From the NCBI GenBank assembly GCA_020891255.1, contig BQFW01000010.1:1178001-1242000 (forward strand): a stretch of DNA of 64,000 bases, given 5' to 3'. The notes under the pieces were generated by a model. It made no database searches, was not told where the DNA came from, and saw nothing but the letters and a program-made list of their open reading frames with translations. This DNA comes from Entomortierella parvispora E1425. Lineage: Eukaryota > Fungi > Mortierellomycota. Of the stretch, positions 23,801 to 37,533 are shown piece after piece. The translations under genes and the position numbers were made by a program. Within the stretch, counting starts at the first letter, position 1. Each line of letters opens with the position of its first letter.

Positions 23801-26800
23801 GGACCGAGCACGCCGTTATTCAGTCGCTCATTGACTTCTGTGACCGCCTGATTACCTTCCCCATGGACTCGCCCGTGGCCAAGCTTTTGGCTGGTCTTGA
23901 GGCCCTCTTGCTCAAGACTGAGGACTGGCAGTCGGTCGCTAGCAGGGAGTACTCTATTTTGGATAACCAGGAGGAGCTCAAGACTCTTATCATCTCCTGG
24001 AGACAACTGGAGTTGACCTGCTGGCCCAAACTCTTGGAGATCCAAGACAAGAACCAAGCTGAGAGTGTCTTTACTTGGTGGTTCCACTTCTACGGATCGG
24101 TTGTCAAGCCCACCCGTGACATGGATCTGGCCATTGACGACGGAGAGACCATCGATGTCAATGCCCACGTTAAGGGTCTGTTGGGTGTCATGGATCAGTT
24201 CTTGCAGGCCTCGACTGTTGGAGACTTCATGCCCCGTATGGATCTTTTGAGAACTTTCCATAATCATCTTCAGATCCGTGGTGAACTCACCTTGGCCGAG
24301 CGTCAAAAGCGTCACCCAGATCAGGTGCCCCAGACCGCTGTGGCCTCCAAGGTTGCCGACGCTATCTGGAACGTTCATCAGTACTACGCTCAGTTTATTG
24401 AGAATGTTCAGACCTATGTCGCAACGCTCAAGAAGCCCATCGAGAAGGAGATGAAGGAGCATGTCAAGATTGCCAGTTGGAAGGATACCAACATTCATGC
24501 TCTGAAGGCCAGTGCGCTCAAGACCCATCGTCGACTCAACAAGTTGCTGAGAAAGTATCGTGATGTCCTCCGAAAGCCCCTTACGGATATCATCACTGCC
24601 TATCAGCTCGAGACGCCAGTCGTGCACGCCAACAAGAAGGGACAGGTCTTTGAGATTATCCAGCCAAGCTCCAAGGTCTGGATCTCAGAGTTGGCCCTTT
24701 CGACGAGCAAGCACTCGGACAATGTCCGCCAGTTGTTTGAGAGCTCGATCACAGCCAGTCCCAACAAGGCTCTTGCTAATCTCGAGACTACGTTTGGTCT
24801 CTTGAAGAAGCACACTTTCAAGAACATTGTCTTCCCTTCATCCGACTCGGAACCCTTGGAGGAACTCTGTGGTGATATTATCCAGCAGATTGAGGACTTC
24901 CAGAAGGACACTCCTTCCAAGATGACTGAAGAGAACAAGAGTCAGCTCAAGAACTTGAAGACGATCAGAAAGCGCGCTTTGGTTGATTTGCTGAAGCTCC
25001 TGCAGAGACTCGGTCTGAATCGTCATCGTATGGTTCGTCTGGAGGAGGATCTCCTAGGATACGTCTTCCACCTCCCCCCCACCGAGATCCAGGATATTGA
25101 GGCCCAAGCCAAGTTGGACGATAAGGTCATTCCAGCCGGATCTCAGGTTGCTCAGCTCTGGAAGAAGTCGGACGATTACTTCTACCGGATTGTGGCTCGT
25201 ATGATGCAGCTTCGCCGTCTTTCCCAGCAGCCTCCCAAGGATATCACTGTGGTGGAGGCCGAGAAGGGTCGAGGTTACACCGAACATTTGGTCAACCTTG
25301 TGATTGAACAGAGACAGGAACTTCAGTCTATGAAGTCTTCTATGGATATCATCCGTGGTGTTGCCTCCCAGTTTGAAGGAATCTTCATCCTTTCTGAGAA
25401 TGCAACTATCTCCTTGAACAGAAGCGGCCCCGAGATGCTGATGCAGCACAAGGCCGCTCTTGACAAGCTCCTCGATCTCTTTTCAGATGCCATTTTGGCC
25501 TTTGAGGTCTCTATCCGTCACTCGACATCTGCAGTTCGTGGTCAAATGTTCAGTATTGTCCAGAACGCCCTGCAAAAGACAAAGTCGCTCAAGCACTCTC
25601 TCGACGCTGTTGTCAGCCACTGGTACTTGAACCCCATGGTCGCCGGTGGTGTTTCGCCTCTTCTTTCCAACCCAACTCTGCAGTCGTTGTCGCGGAGCAT
25701 TGAGTCGGTTCACGAGATTGAGCACTCTTTGGCTAACGTGCTGGAGCAGATGCCCGAGACCTTCAACATTCTTGGCCCTCTTCTCTGCCAGATCTCCGAG
25801 TCCTTCCCTCGTCAACTGCCCATGGATACTCAGAGCGAACAGGAGCTGCAATTGACCCTCTCTGGCAATGAGCCCGTTCTTCAACGTCTCCAGCAGATCA
25901 ATGATGAGATCGAAGGCTGTATTACCACAGTCCTAGTCAGTGTCCAGAACACCCGTCACTACCTCGACAAGGTCTCAACTGCGGCGGCGCCCACCTCTGC
26001 TGAAAGTATGTCCCTGGCTGCTGCTCCTGAGCAACCCGGCGCCGACGATACCAACGCGGAGCAAAAGGCTGACGAGGATGATGAGCGTGACGAGTATGGT
26101 ATGCCCGAGAAGTTCATCACTTCCGAGAACAAGAAGTTTGCTGCCATGCATCGTCACCTCCACATGGACTCGATCGTCAAGAAGACTCGCTCCATCAATG
26201 AAAAGATTCAGGATCTGGTCCAATACGCCGGCCAGCACGCCTCGACTCTTTCACCCTCAGAGCGCGCCGCCGCCGAGGCCCTTGTCACCATGCGTCTCCA
26301 GCAGCTTTATCCTTTTATCCAACAGTACCTCTTCTTGGCCCAACATCATATCTTCCACTTTGTTCAACACCACAAGACCATTAACAAGCTGACCTATGTT
26401 CTCTGCAACACCTTCTCGATCCTCTTCAGCAAAGGCTTCTGTATTCCAGAAATGGAACAGGAGATGAAGGAGGGCGAGGAGCAGAGCAACGTAGCTGGCA
26501 CTGGTATTGGTGATGGCGAAGGTGGTAAGGATGTCAGTGACGAGATCGAGGACGAAGAACAGGTCCTCGGTACTCAGAACGACAAGAAGCAGGATGAGGA
26601 TGAAAAGAAGGAGACAGAGGAAGAGGACAAGGGCATCGAAATGGAAAACGATTTCGAAGGCAACATGGAGGATGTCGAGCCCTCGTCCGATCAAGAAGAT
26701 GATGAGGATGACGAGGATGAGGACGAAAAGGAAGATCCTGATGAGGCCATTGGCGATGTCGACGATGATAACCCCGAGGCCATCGATGAAAAGATGTGGG

Positions 26801-29331
26801 GTGACGACGAAGCCGAGGACGCCCGTGATAACGACAAGATGATTGACGAAGACAAGTCCACGGAGCAGAACGAGCAAGAGAGCGACATGGTTGCCAAGGA
26901 TGAAGAAGATTCTGGCAAGCAAGACGACAAGAAGAAAAACAAGAAGGAGGAGAAGAAGGATCAGGGCAAGGAAGATCAGACTGAAGAAGGTCAAGAGGGC
27001 GGCGACGAAGAAAAGAACGACGCCGAAGCTCAAGAAGACGATGATGCCGAAGAAGAAGAATTCGAGGATCATAACGATGAAGAGTCTGCAGAGCACAAGC
27101 CCGATGACCAGCAGCAGGTCGAAATCCCCGAAGCCGAGACTTTGGACTTGCCTGATGACCTGAACCTGGACGGCGACGAAAAGGAGGGCGATGATGGCGA
27201 TGATGGCCCTGATGAGGAGCCGTTCGAGGACCAAATGGATGTCGACGAGCAGTTCTCCAAGGATAAGAAGGAGGAAGGCGGCGACGACGACCAAGATGGC
27301 GAGGATGAGAAGGACGACAAGGAGGGTGAGGAATTCCCCTCTGACGAAAAGGCAGAAGATGATGAGATGCAGAACCCAGAGGACGAAGATGTCGACATGG
27401 GTGAGCCTCCCGTCACTGCTGAAGAAGGCGAAGAGAAGGAAGAGGAGAACGAGGATGAGGATGAGCCTCGTGACGACTCTCGCCAACGTCCTAATGAAGA
27501 TGCTCGCAAGGCCGAGGAGAAGAAGTCTGAAGAAGAAAAGGACGAAGAAGATGAAGACGTCAAGGCCTCGGAGCAAGAAGAGCAGCCTGACCAAGATGCC
27601 GAAGCTCAGCAAGAGTTTGGTGTCGAGGGTGAGCAAGGCAAGGCGAACTCGAGCGAGAACCCCAAGGCGGAGGCTGACAGCCAGCGGTCCATGGACAGTG
27701 CACCTACTGCCTCTAAATCCGACCCCAACATGGAGGACCAGCAGGATCAGCAAAACCGACCCCAGGAACGCGGCGACGATTCACAGAAGGAGAGCCGACC
27801 CTCGAATGAGGAAGACAAAGAGAAGCCCAAGAAGAGGGAAACCAACCCTCATCGCTCTTTGGCTGAGGCTCTCAAGAACTGGAAGCAGAAGCTGCAGGAT
27901 CTTGCTGACCCCGACGAAGAAGAGGAAGAGGAGAAGACAGAAGAAGAAAAGACCAAGGACGACGAGGCAAAGGAAGGAGAAGAGATGGAGGTGGATGAGA
28001 ACCAAGCGTTTGAGTATCTCCAGAACGATGACGAGGCCCACGACATGGAGACCATGGGCAACGCCAACGAGCAGCAGATGCAAGACCGCAACAAGGACCT
28101 TGCCGCCATCGACGAGGAGCAGATGAAGGAGGATGAGAAGGATGAGAATGTGGCAGATATGGATGTGGACCAGAAGGACGAAGATGTCGAGATGGATGAA
28201 GGTCCAGATGAGCAAAAGCCCAAGGTAGACGAGGATGCTATGGAGGAGTCCAAGCCAGAGAATGCTCAGGGAGCGTTCTTCTCGCAGAGGATGGACAAGC
28301 GCAAGAAGGAGAGGGAGGAGAATGAGAACGAGGACGAGGAAAGCAACAAGAAGGAGAAGGATCAAGCAGCGGACGCTCACGAGCCATTGAAGCCAGAAGA
28401 GATCGAGGAACTCCGTCAGCAGCTCGAGACCTCCTTGGGTGATTGGCGCTCCACTGGCAGGGACCCCAAGGAGGCTCAGGCGTTATGGCAAAAGTACGAC
28501 AACCTCACTCAGGACTTGGCATTGGGATTGTGCGAGCAATTGCGACTGATCCTGGAGCCAACTCAGGCCACAAAGCTCAAGGGTGACTACAGGACCGGAA
28601 AGCGACTGAACATGAAGAAGATCATTCCCTACATTGCTTCTCAGTTCAAGAAGGACAAGATCTGGCTGCGACGAACAAAGCCATCGAAGCGTCAGTACCA
28701 GGTGATGATCGCCATCGATGACTCGACCTCAATGTCTGAGTCTCACTCTGTTCAGCTCGCCTACGAATCTCTCGCGTTGATCTCCAAGGCTCTTTCGCAG
28801 CTCGAAGTTGGTGAGATTGGAATTATGAGCTTTGGTGAGCAGGTCCAACTGCTCCATCCCTTTGATCAGCCATTCACTGGAGAGGCTGGTGCAAAGGTTC
28901 TGCAACGCTTCGGATTCGACCAGTCCAAGACCTATGTCAAGAAGCTTATGGAGTCCTCCATTGCGTTGTTGCAGCAAGCAAAGATGAACCAGTCTGGCGC
29001 CGCGCGTTCACAAGAGTTGTGGCAGCTGCAGATCATCATCTCGGATGGTATCTGCGAGAACCACGAGACCCTGAAGGCCCTTGTCCGCCAGGCCGCCGAG
29101 CAGCAGATCATGCTGATCTTCATCATTCTGGACAACAAGCCCGCCAAGGAGTCGATCATGGAGATGACGACCGCTAGTTTCAAGACAGTCAACGGCGTGC
29201 CCAAGCTGACGCTGGACCGGTACCTCGACAGCTTCCCCTTCGACTACTATGTAGTGTTGCAGAACATCAACTCTCTGCCCGAGACCCTAGCAGACGCGCT
29301 CCGTCAATACTTTAGCTTTGTGGCGTCGTAA
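11804..29331 (+). CDS. MDN1: Midasin / Rea1 AAA+ ATPase (60S ribosome biogenesis), multi-exon
   Basis: Six tandem AAA modules (GVTGAGKT, GETGTGKT, GPTSSGKT, GETGCGKT, GSPGVGKT, GPASSGKT, with DEINLA/DELNLA-type Walker B), a long helical linker, a D/E-rich region and a C-terminal MIDAS/vWA motif (IAIDDSTSMS). Confidence 0.98.
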
Positions 29332-29921
29332 ATGCAAACGGTCGGAGATCTGGACGACCGTTGAGAGAATTAGTAGAAAGTGAAAACCACAAGAACCACA
29401 ATAAAACCCCAATATGTAATAAAAAAAATATCCGTAAAACCCCTGGCGGCATTGGCGGCATTTGCCGCCACCCCCTGCCCCGATCTGAGTCTCTGCTGTG
29501 GCCGTTAAGGCAGCAATGAGCCGTTGGTGCGGTGCCTTTCCCCCTTCAAACAATTGCAAGATACCAGTGGTTTCTAGTTCCTTTTGCCCGCGCAAATTTC
29601 AACCGGCGTGTTTTAAAATTCTGGAGGCTGTGCGACCCCTGAGTCCTGCAACTGTGTTTTTGAATGAGCTCTTTTCTTCTCGGAGCTCTGCTACTATAGT
29701 GCCCACTGATTTTCACCATCTGCGTGTTCATGTTCTACCACACTATCCTGACAAGAAAGAAGAGATCAGGGGAGTGCTGAGGAGCCTATGGTGAATACGC
29801 CCACTCTCCCCCCTGTGTTCCTGAACTTTTTTAGGCACAGGGCTGCAGACACCAAAAGTGGGCTATTGTTAGTTCGCTGTGGCCAATGTGGTTCAACGTC
29901 TCGAAAGCAGACTGCGGCTCC

Positions 29922-30124
29922 AAAAAAAAAAAAAAAAAAAAAAAAAATCCAGTTTCCACACCCACCCCCTCTGCTGGTTCAATTGAGAGGTGTGTGGAAA
30001 TGAATCTCGACAGGTCTTTCAACTTTTTGTGCAACCATGCAATCTCTCTCCCTCTCTCGCCTTTCGCCCAACCTTGACAACCCATGACCCGCCATGTTTT
30101 TTTTTTTTTTTTTTTTTTTTTTTT
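29922..30124. repeat. Poly(A)26 (29922-29947) and poly(T)28 (30097-30124) tracts
   Basis: Homopolymer runs read directly from the sequence. Confidence 0.9.
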
Positions 30125-33100
30125 CCTCTCACTCTTTGCCTTTTTATCTCATCTCTCTCTGCAACAAGAAAAAAAAAGTAATTGGTGGGATAGAAATGTG
30201 TCGTCGCACCTCGGTCAATTGATGGGCGGGAAACCAATAGAAAAAACATGTCATTGCACAATGAGGGAAGCTGCTGACTTCAGAAAACGTATCGAGAAGC
30301 CTTGTTGGAAATGAGCAATAAAGTCCTGAAAGCTCGCGGGTGGGAATTAGAAAAAACTCCCCGATATTTTTATTACAATTTAAGTCAAGTTTCCCTGATC
30401 GTTGTTCTTCTGGGTCAGCCCCTGCCTATGGGTTACACAAAGGGGAGTGGTCAAGAACCAAAAAAAAAGGACCTGATCGAGGGAGAAGAAAGGAAAAAAA
30501 GGTCTGGGCACAGTCTATCATGGTAATGCGGGATTGCCAGAAACTTGCATAAGTGCCACACTGCTGCATGTTGGGGTCCACTAACGCCCGGCGGGTGTGT
30601 GATGTGTGTGGGACTGGTGTTGCTCACCCGTTCCCAATCCCTTTGCTGTTTTTCTTTCGTCACCTGACGGACTAAGCAGTTGTGGCGAAAACATTCAAGG
30701 AGAATTTCGTTCTTTGTGAGCCGATTGGCTTTGCCCGATGGCTGGACCCGAAAGAAGCCATGATGGAAAAGGGAAGGAACAAGAAAAGTGCAAGGCACCA
30801 TTCAGTGGGAAAAATAAATCAGCGTCAAGACGACGTCTATCTGATCTCACTCCTTAGCAAAGAGCACAAAGGCACAAAAGAGATGAGAGCCCTGTCACAT
30901 CATGTGGCTCGACGACATTTTTTTTTTCCTTGACGCCCAATTTGGGTCATGAAAAGGAGGAGAAAGAACCGAAGTAGGGGGGCGGTTTGGGTAATCATTC
31001 TGGAAACAGCAAGTAACCAGACTGAAGACAGAATCGTAGAAAACGCCCTTGTCGTGCAACGGGTGCAGTTCTGATCAGCAAGAGGACTCCTACCTACGAA
31101 CATGAAGTCAAGGTGGGACCACAACGGACAAAGGCTCTTTTTCTCGTTTTGCAGTCTGAACACCATCGCTCGAGCCAGGGTCGGATCTCCAAAATGAACC
31201 TGAAAATGGGCCCGCACGCAGCTGAGCAGACGCAAAGCAAACGTGCAGAGGGCAAGAAAACCTTGGGTAATTGCCTTCGTTGATCTGTGCATGGCTGATG
31301 TCTCCCTTCTCCCTCCCCTTCCTTCCCTCCGTCCCCCCCTTTCAACGACTCACTCTCATCTAGAGCATCTCGATCGTTTTATTTCTGAACGGCTCTTTAT
31401 TTCTTGCACATGATGAAGGAGGTTCTACACGACAGTTGGGGCAGTAGGGGGATGATAAGGTGAGATGGACTCAGTTCCCATGAAAATTGTAAGAGTCCCT
31501 CCTCCCCCGTCCCAATTGCCCCATCCGCACGACAGACTGCAATAACACCTGCAAAGCAGAGAAGAAGGTACCAGGGCCTTGGAAAAAAAGGGGGTGTTTT
31601 CACTTGTATGAATGAGTGCGTGCGTCGAGATATAAACTCACTTTCTTTTTTTGTCCTCAAAAACCGACATTCCAACTCACACTGACCCTCATTGGTGCTC
31701 GAGGGCGTTCAGTTTTCCGAAAGAGAAAGCCCAACGAACCCATAGAACGCGTTTTGCTTTGCTAGTTAACTCTTTTTCAGTTGTGAATGGAGAATAAAAC
31801 AGAAAAGGAAACGTGTTTCTTGGCTTGAGTGACTCTTGATGAGCGGGGTGCCACAATCCGGCAATTGGAAATGCCAGCTCAAACTCCATGTTGTGGTCAT
31901 CGGGTGTATTGTTATTTATTGTCCGGCCATGCAGAAAGGTGACTTGGAGATTGTGGGATGAGACGTTGGCTCTAACCACCATCTTGGAGGGATAGAAAGA
32001 GGAAACGCGCACCTGCCAACGACCACTATAACAACAAAAACAACATCAACGAGTTGCAACTGCAAAGAACAGAGAGGAATGGTTCAATGATATAACAAAA
32101 AATGCAATATCACCAAAACAGGACATATGCACCAACCGTCTATTGAATCAAAACAACACTCAACGGAAGAGAAAGCTGAGCCGGCATGATTTGTGTGAGA
32201 GCCAGAACAAGAGAGAGCGTGTGCAAGGTTGAGTAGGTCATCCATCCAGTTGGTGCAACAACACACAGGACAAGATGGAGATTTTTTGGCATGAACGAAA
32301 AAAAGAAATCTATCTGGAGACCTTTAGACTGAACTGAGACTGGAAGGGAGGAGAGGAGAGGGATGCTCATCCGTCTCCACCTTTGATTTCCGTCACGGCA
32401 ATGCGTGAAATGAAAGACAGAGGGTGAGAAGAAAGAAAAGGGAAAAAGAGGCAAGAGATAACGCGTCGGTAAGCTTACACGATGCAAAATGGTATTGACC
32501 GACCCGCCCGAGGACAACCCCCTGAAAAGGCTGTCGACTGGGATCGAGTATGAAAAGAAAGAAAAAAAAAGAAACCAATGAAGTCGTTTGTTGTTCGTTG
32601 GTGCTTCGCGTAGACTGTTTTCCGTTTGACTCGTCTCCTAACTGCCGTTGCCGCAAACCCATCCATCGCCTCTTCCAAATCAACCCAACCCAACTCAGCT
32701 CATCCGCCGAGCGGTGAAGAGATGTGAACCTGTCACATCCACCCCTGAAATGCTCTCACCAAGCAAGCAAGCAAGCCGCCCAAGAGAGAGAGATTCTGCG
32801 CCGTAGCTCATCTGGTGGTCTGCCTCGATATCACAAGTCCCATGTTCTTCAAGATAAAACAAAGACTCGAAAGCTCGCAACCACAACCCACGAACAAGAA
32901 GAGCAGTCGAAAAAAAAAAGAAACGAAGCAGGAACTGCAAAACAGAAAAATAAAACAGCGCGGTCGCAGAAGGGCAGGGTTGAATTGTTGTTTATTCATT
33001 CGAGCACTCCACCGGTGTCTATGTGTGGTGGTGGATGGGGACGATGGGATGGATGGCGAGGGAAGAGGGCCGATGGTCTCTTTTTTTTTCACTGTTTCTT

Positions 33101-34417
33101 TTGGATTCTCTTTGCCTCCACTCTGTTGTTACCCCTTTGTTTACTCGCTGTTGTTTGTGTTCGCTTTCGGTCGAAGACAGACATGGTGTTTATTGACTCG
33201 CTTCTCTCTCTCTCTCTCTCTCGCTCGCTTGCTCTCGTTCTCTCCACGCAATTGCACCTTCTCCTTCCCCCTCCCTCTCGCTCTTTTCTCCCGCCCAGCA
33301 GCACACAGAGTGCCCAGCCCTTTTCCTGCCCTTTGTCCCCCCAAGGGCCATTAACTTTCTCGGACTATTTATATGTGGCCATCTATCCCCCGTTCCCTTT
33401 TCTTTCTTCCCTTTTTCTTCATCCATCCTCCAGAAACGATTCTCTCTCAACTTCTTTGCTCAATCACTGAGATCTCTCTTTCCTCCCAACGTCTCTCCGG
33501 AAACCCTTGCTCGCTCTCGTCCTTCTCACTCTCGTCTCTTCTTCATCCCCACTCGCCTCTTTCGACCCACTTGAAGAGAAGCAACCTCTTTTCCTTGGCA
33601 CATCCTTGAAGACAGGTAAACTCCCTTCCCTCTCTCCTCTTCTACACATCACTCACATCACTCCAGTGTCTGTGGGTACCTTTGCCCGAAAAAGCGCAAG
33701 CCCAGCAAGCAGGCGCAACGGTCTACTACCGTGCGCGTTCGCACAGGACTCTCGATCCTCTGTCCCTTGCTGCCTCTCTCGTCCCCGAGCGGCGAAATGA
33801 ATTGGTGACGGTCTTTCGACTGGCGTCCGAGCGCCCAGCTGGACCCTTGGACCCTGTCGTGGGCACGCAGCATGGGCCACGAACGACTGTGCGCTGCAAT
33901 TTCTGCAGTTGTAGTCTCTTCCTTGTTTCCTTTGTTCACTCTCCTTCGCCTCCCAGGCTGCCATCGTACAACGAGCTCTAGAGCATCAACATCCAGGGGT
34001 GGGGAAAAGGAAGTGGCAAGAGAAAATGTTGTGCCCAACAGACACAAGGAGTGGAAAGGAGGAAACGGGTTGCACCCCCTAACTTTCTACATGGTTATCC
34101 TGCCCACTTGCCTTCCATCCTTCACCATCCAACCCATCCACAATTGAAAATATTCTGCCTCACCGCCACACACACATCTTTCTCTTTCTCCCCTTCCTGT
34201 CTCTCTCGCCCCCCACACACACTCTGTCTTACACACACAACAGCGGCGCTAGCAGTGCAAACAAACTAACCGCTCTTGTCCCTTCCCTCTGTCTCCACCC
34301 TCTCTGCACCTCTTCATGACAACAGCTTAAAAGGCACTTCAACAACCCCTCGTTCCACTCTACACCCATCTGCCGCTTCGGCTTTCAACCATTACTTCCC
34401 TTGCATATCCGCCCAAG

Positions 34418-35666
34418 ATGGACATCCTCGAACTTATCCATACTGAGGGCCATCAACATGATTCGAGACCTTTCCGCTGCACCTGGGACAACTGTGGCAA
34501 GGCCTTCTCTCGTCGCTCCGACCTTGCTCGCCATGGCCGCATCCACACCAACGAAAGGTAGCAAATCGATTGAAAGGATTGTCGGCCCCTCTCTCCATCT
34601 ATTGTTTATATATTCATCTCCTGTCTCTTTTATCTTTTAATTTAGACCCTTTGTCTGTCAAGAACCAGGATGCACAAAGTCGTTCATCCAACGCTCGGCC
34701 TTGACCGTGCACCAGCGCACGCACTCTGGTGAGCGCCCTCACATGTGCGAGCAACCCGATTGCCAAAAGAGATTCAGCGACAGCAGCTCGCTCGCTCGTC
34801 ACCGTCGCATCCACACCGGAAAGCGACCCTACAAGTGCGGTGTCGATGGTTGTGGCAAGAGGTAAATGCGAGGCCCCGTTGTTTTTTGGCCCTGTGTCCT
34901 GTTTGTGCCGTCCTGACTGCGCTTCCCACGCGTGTCACGAGTGGTTTTTTTTTGCTTCCCGTTATCTTTCGGCGATTAATTAACCTTCGTCTTGTATTGC
35001 TTTTCTCTTTAAACGCACCAACGATATAGCTTCTGCCGCAAGACCACATTGACCAAGCACCACCGCAAGGAACATGTCGTGATTCGTCGTTCGGGTGTCT
35101 GGCGTGGGGACATGGTTGGCGGCGCATTGATGGAGTCAGAGATGGGCCACCAGCTCCAGGTGCAGATCCCACACTACCAGAACATGTCGCCTGTTCACAC
35201 GCCGCCACACGAGAGCTCGCCCATGTCGCCCATGTCGCCCCTCTCGCCTATGACCCCGTTGACACCCATGGCCTCAATGAACATGGGTCCAATGGACTCC
35301 CTGGCGCACCTCCAGCCTATGATGCAAATGGACCAAGCCCAGGTGAAGCACCAACAGCAGATGCACCTCCACCACCATCAACAACATCAACAACAGCAGC
35401 AGCAACACTCACATCCTCACCAACACCCACACCCAAATCACCCACAGCAACAACATCACCACCAGCAACAACAGCAAGCTTACATCAAGCAGGAAGAGTA
35501 CGAGCAATATCCAGTGCAGATGCACTCGCGGCAACATCCAATGCATCAGCAGTACTTCCTGGCCAGCCTTGCATCCAATCCAGAGCTGACTGCGTCCAAT
35601 GAGTACCAGCGTGTTAATGCCAACGGTATCCCAGTCGAGGCTGCCTTCTACCCCCAGTATTACTAA
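34418..35666 (+). CDS. C2H2 zinc-finger transcription factor (4 fingers) with Q/H-rich C-terminal region
   Basis: Exons 34418-34557, 34646-34861 and 35030-35666 give [91 protein letters not shown] and [27 protein letters not shown]. The fingers are not in the ORF track. Confidence 0.93.
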
Positions 35667-37508
35667 GACTGCTACCCCACGGCTCTCGGCTGACCCGATA
35701 TACCCTCCAATCGTCCTGTGCTACCATGTTCTTTCTCTGTGTTCTGCAAGCGCGACTTTCAGGCTTTTGCCTCGCGTTTCCTTGATGTTCTCCGAGTCTG
35801 TCTGCCCAATGCTCCGTTCAAGTTCTTGTCTTCATCACCCTTACTCCCAGAGGCTCGCCTGTATATATTCCAAGATTCTCTACACACCCCTTTTCTATCC
35901 TCTTTGGACAGACCCCCCTGATGAAAACAAGGACGATGAGATACTGCTGCAAGTGGAAGACGGAGGAAATGTTTTCCCAATAGTTTTTTACTTTCATCCT
36001 CTCTCTGTTGGATGCTCCTCCTTTGTGGAAGATTCAAGTGTGTATATTTTTTTTTCTTTGTATAGTTCTCTGCTTCTGTTTGCTTCGCTCTTTCCAATCC
36101 CCTGCTCCAACTATCTGCATTCTTGCAGCCCTTTTTTTTTTTTTTTTACTTAACCACTATTGATCCTACCTCAAATCTGTTGTATTTTACCTGAGCGACA
36201 CTTTCCTCACAGAAAAGAAAAAAAAAAGAAAGAAAATAGTGAACCGCATCGTGCGGTCAAAGGTTTCTGAATAAAAAAAAGATAGCAATGGTCGTTCTAT
36301 CATAAACCTTTTCTGCTTTGGGTCAAAAACTTTTGGAAGTACCAAGAGAAACAGGTTTAAGAACCAAAAAAAAAAGGGAGGATGCGACCCTGGAGAGCGA
36401 GGGGAGAAGACCGGGGAAGGGATACAACCTGAACAATGGTTGGTTCCCTTGCGTTGTTTGATGTGTTTTTTGCCATTCAAGAACCTGAAACATTTGAGGT
36501 ACATCCATTCGAGGACCTTGCAGCAAGGACCCCGTACCTGCCTTTGCAAACAGGTGGCTCACAATATCTTCCTTGCTCTGGGCGTTCACAGTCGAGTCTC
36601 AGACACCCGGCTCGGCCTGCGGTGATGTTTCGGGGCCTGCAACGAGAGTGGGACAACCAGTACAACAACGCAAGTACATCCTGTCCGTGGGCAGTGGGTC
36701 TGTCGTTGGGTTTTTGCCTCCGACCGGGTTCCTGCACGTTTGCGTAGTGTTCTTGTCCCTTTCGGGGCGAGGGAACCGGCAAGTTGGGTTTCGTTTGTGC
36801 TTGCAGATGCAGCAAGAAATAAAAAAGAGGGAGCTAGTGGGATCGGATACCTGTCTTTTCTAGTCTGAATCCATCGCGTGGTTGTATCTCCGAGTTGATT
36901 TTTTTTCTTTTTTTTTTTTTGTCCGACAAGAAGGTGGAGTTGTAAAGCATCAAGAGAGCAAGAGACCAGCAGCAGAAGGAAGTCTCCCACGCCCTCATTT
37001 CATCACTTTCCTTGTCGGTCGGTCAATTTTCTCTGGCTCCTCACCGACACGAGGAACTGCTCCACTATGGTGCTATGTGGCAAAATAATCAGATTTCAAT
37101 CCAGATCCCAGATCTCACCGCTCGAACCAAAAGTACAGTACAGTACGCGAAAGGACTGGGGAGGCGGAGAGGAATGTAAAAGAGGCACTGTGGGGGGGGG
37201 GGGGGAGAAAGGTGAAAACGAGGGAACTCTGATGACTAAAAGTGGTCAAACTAGAAGGTTGGCCACATCTGAACACCATGCGAGCAAAAAGTCCCAGTCA
37301 GCTTACATTTATAGTCTAGAGAAGAAGACACAAAGACAAAAAAAACAAGGGCTGGCTCCCGCCTCATTTGGGCAAGAACCAGTTTCCTAAGGACAAAGAG
37401 AAAAGAAGCCCACTTGGCTTTCTCGGACAGGCCCAACGGCGAAACGCAGCTGTTGGGTCCGATAATCTCGCTTTGCTGGCGACCAGGAGAGGCAACAACA
37501 GTAAGGTT

Positions 37509-37533
37509 GTACAGTACAGTACAGTACAGTACA
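37509..37533. repeat. (GTACA)5 pentanucleotide repeat; shorter copy at 37133-37146
   Basis: Seen directly in the sequence. Confidence 0.8.

Noticed and set aside
26257-27753. 498-aa hydrophobic antisense ORF (and 27781-28380)
   Set aside because: Shadow of the D/E/K-rich midasin linker; GAR/GAY codons give stop-poor Leu/Phe/Ile/Val antisense frames.
26450-28400. Extremely acidic low-complexity stretch
   Set aside because: The normal D/E-rich region of midasin preceding the MIDAS domain.
30300-34300. Numerous 60-250 aa ORFs in the long intergenic region
   Set aside because: Low-complexity F/S/L/K-rich translations of CT- and A-rich DNA, without coding-like codon use or coherent exon chains.
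35330-35490. Poly-Q/H tract in the C2H2 protein
   Set aside because: Ordinary for fungal transcription-factor activation regions.
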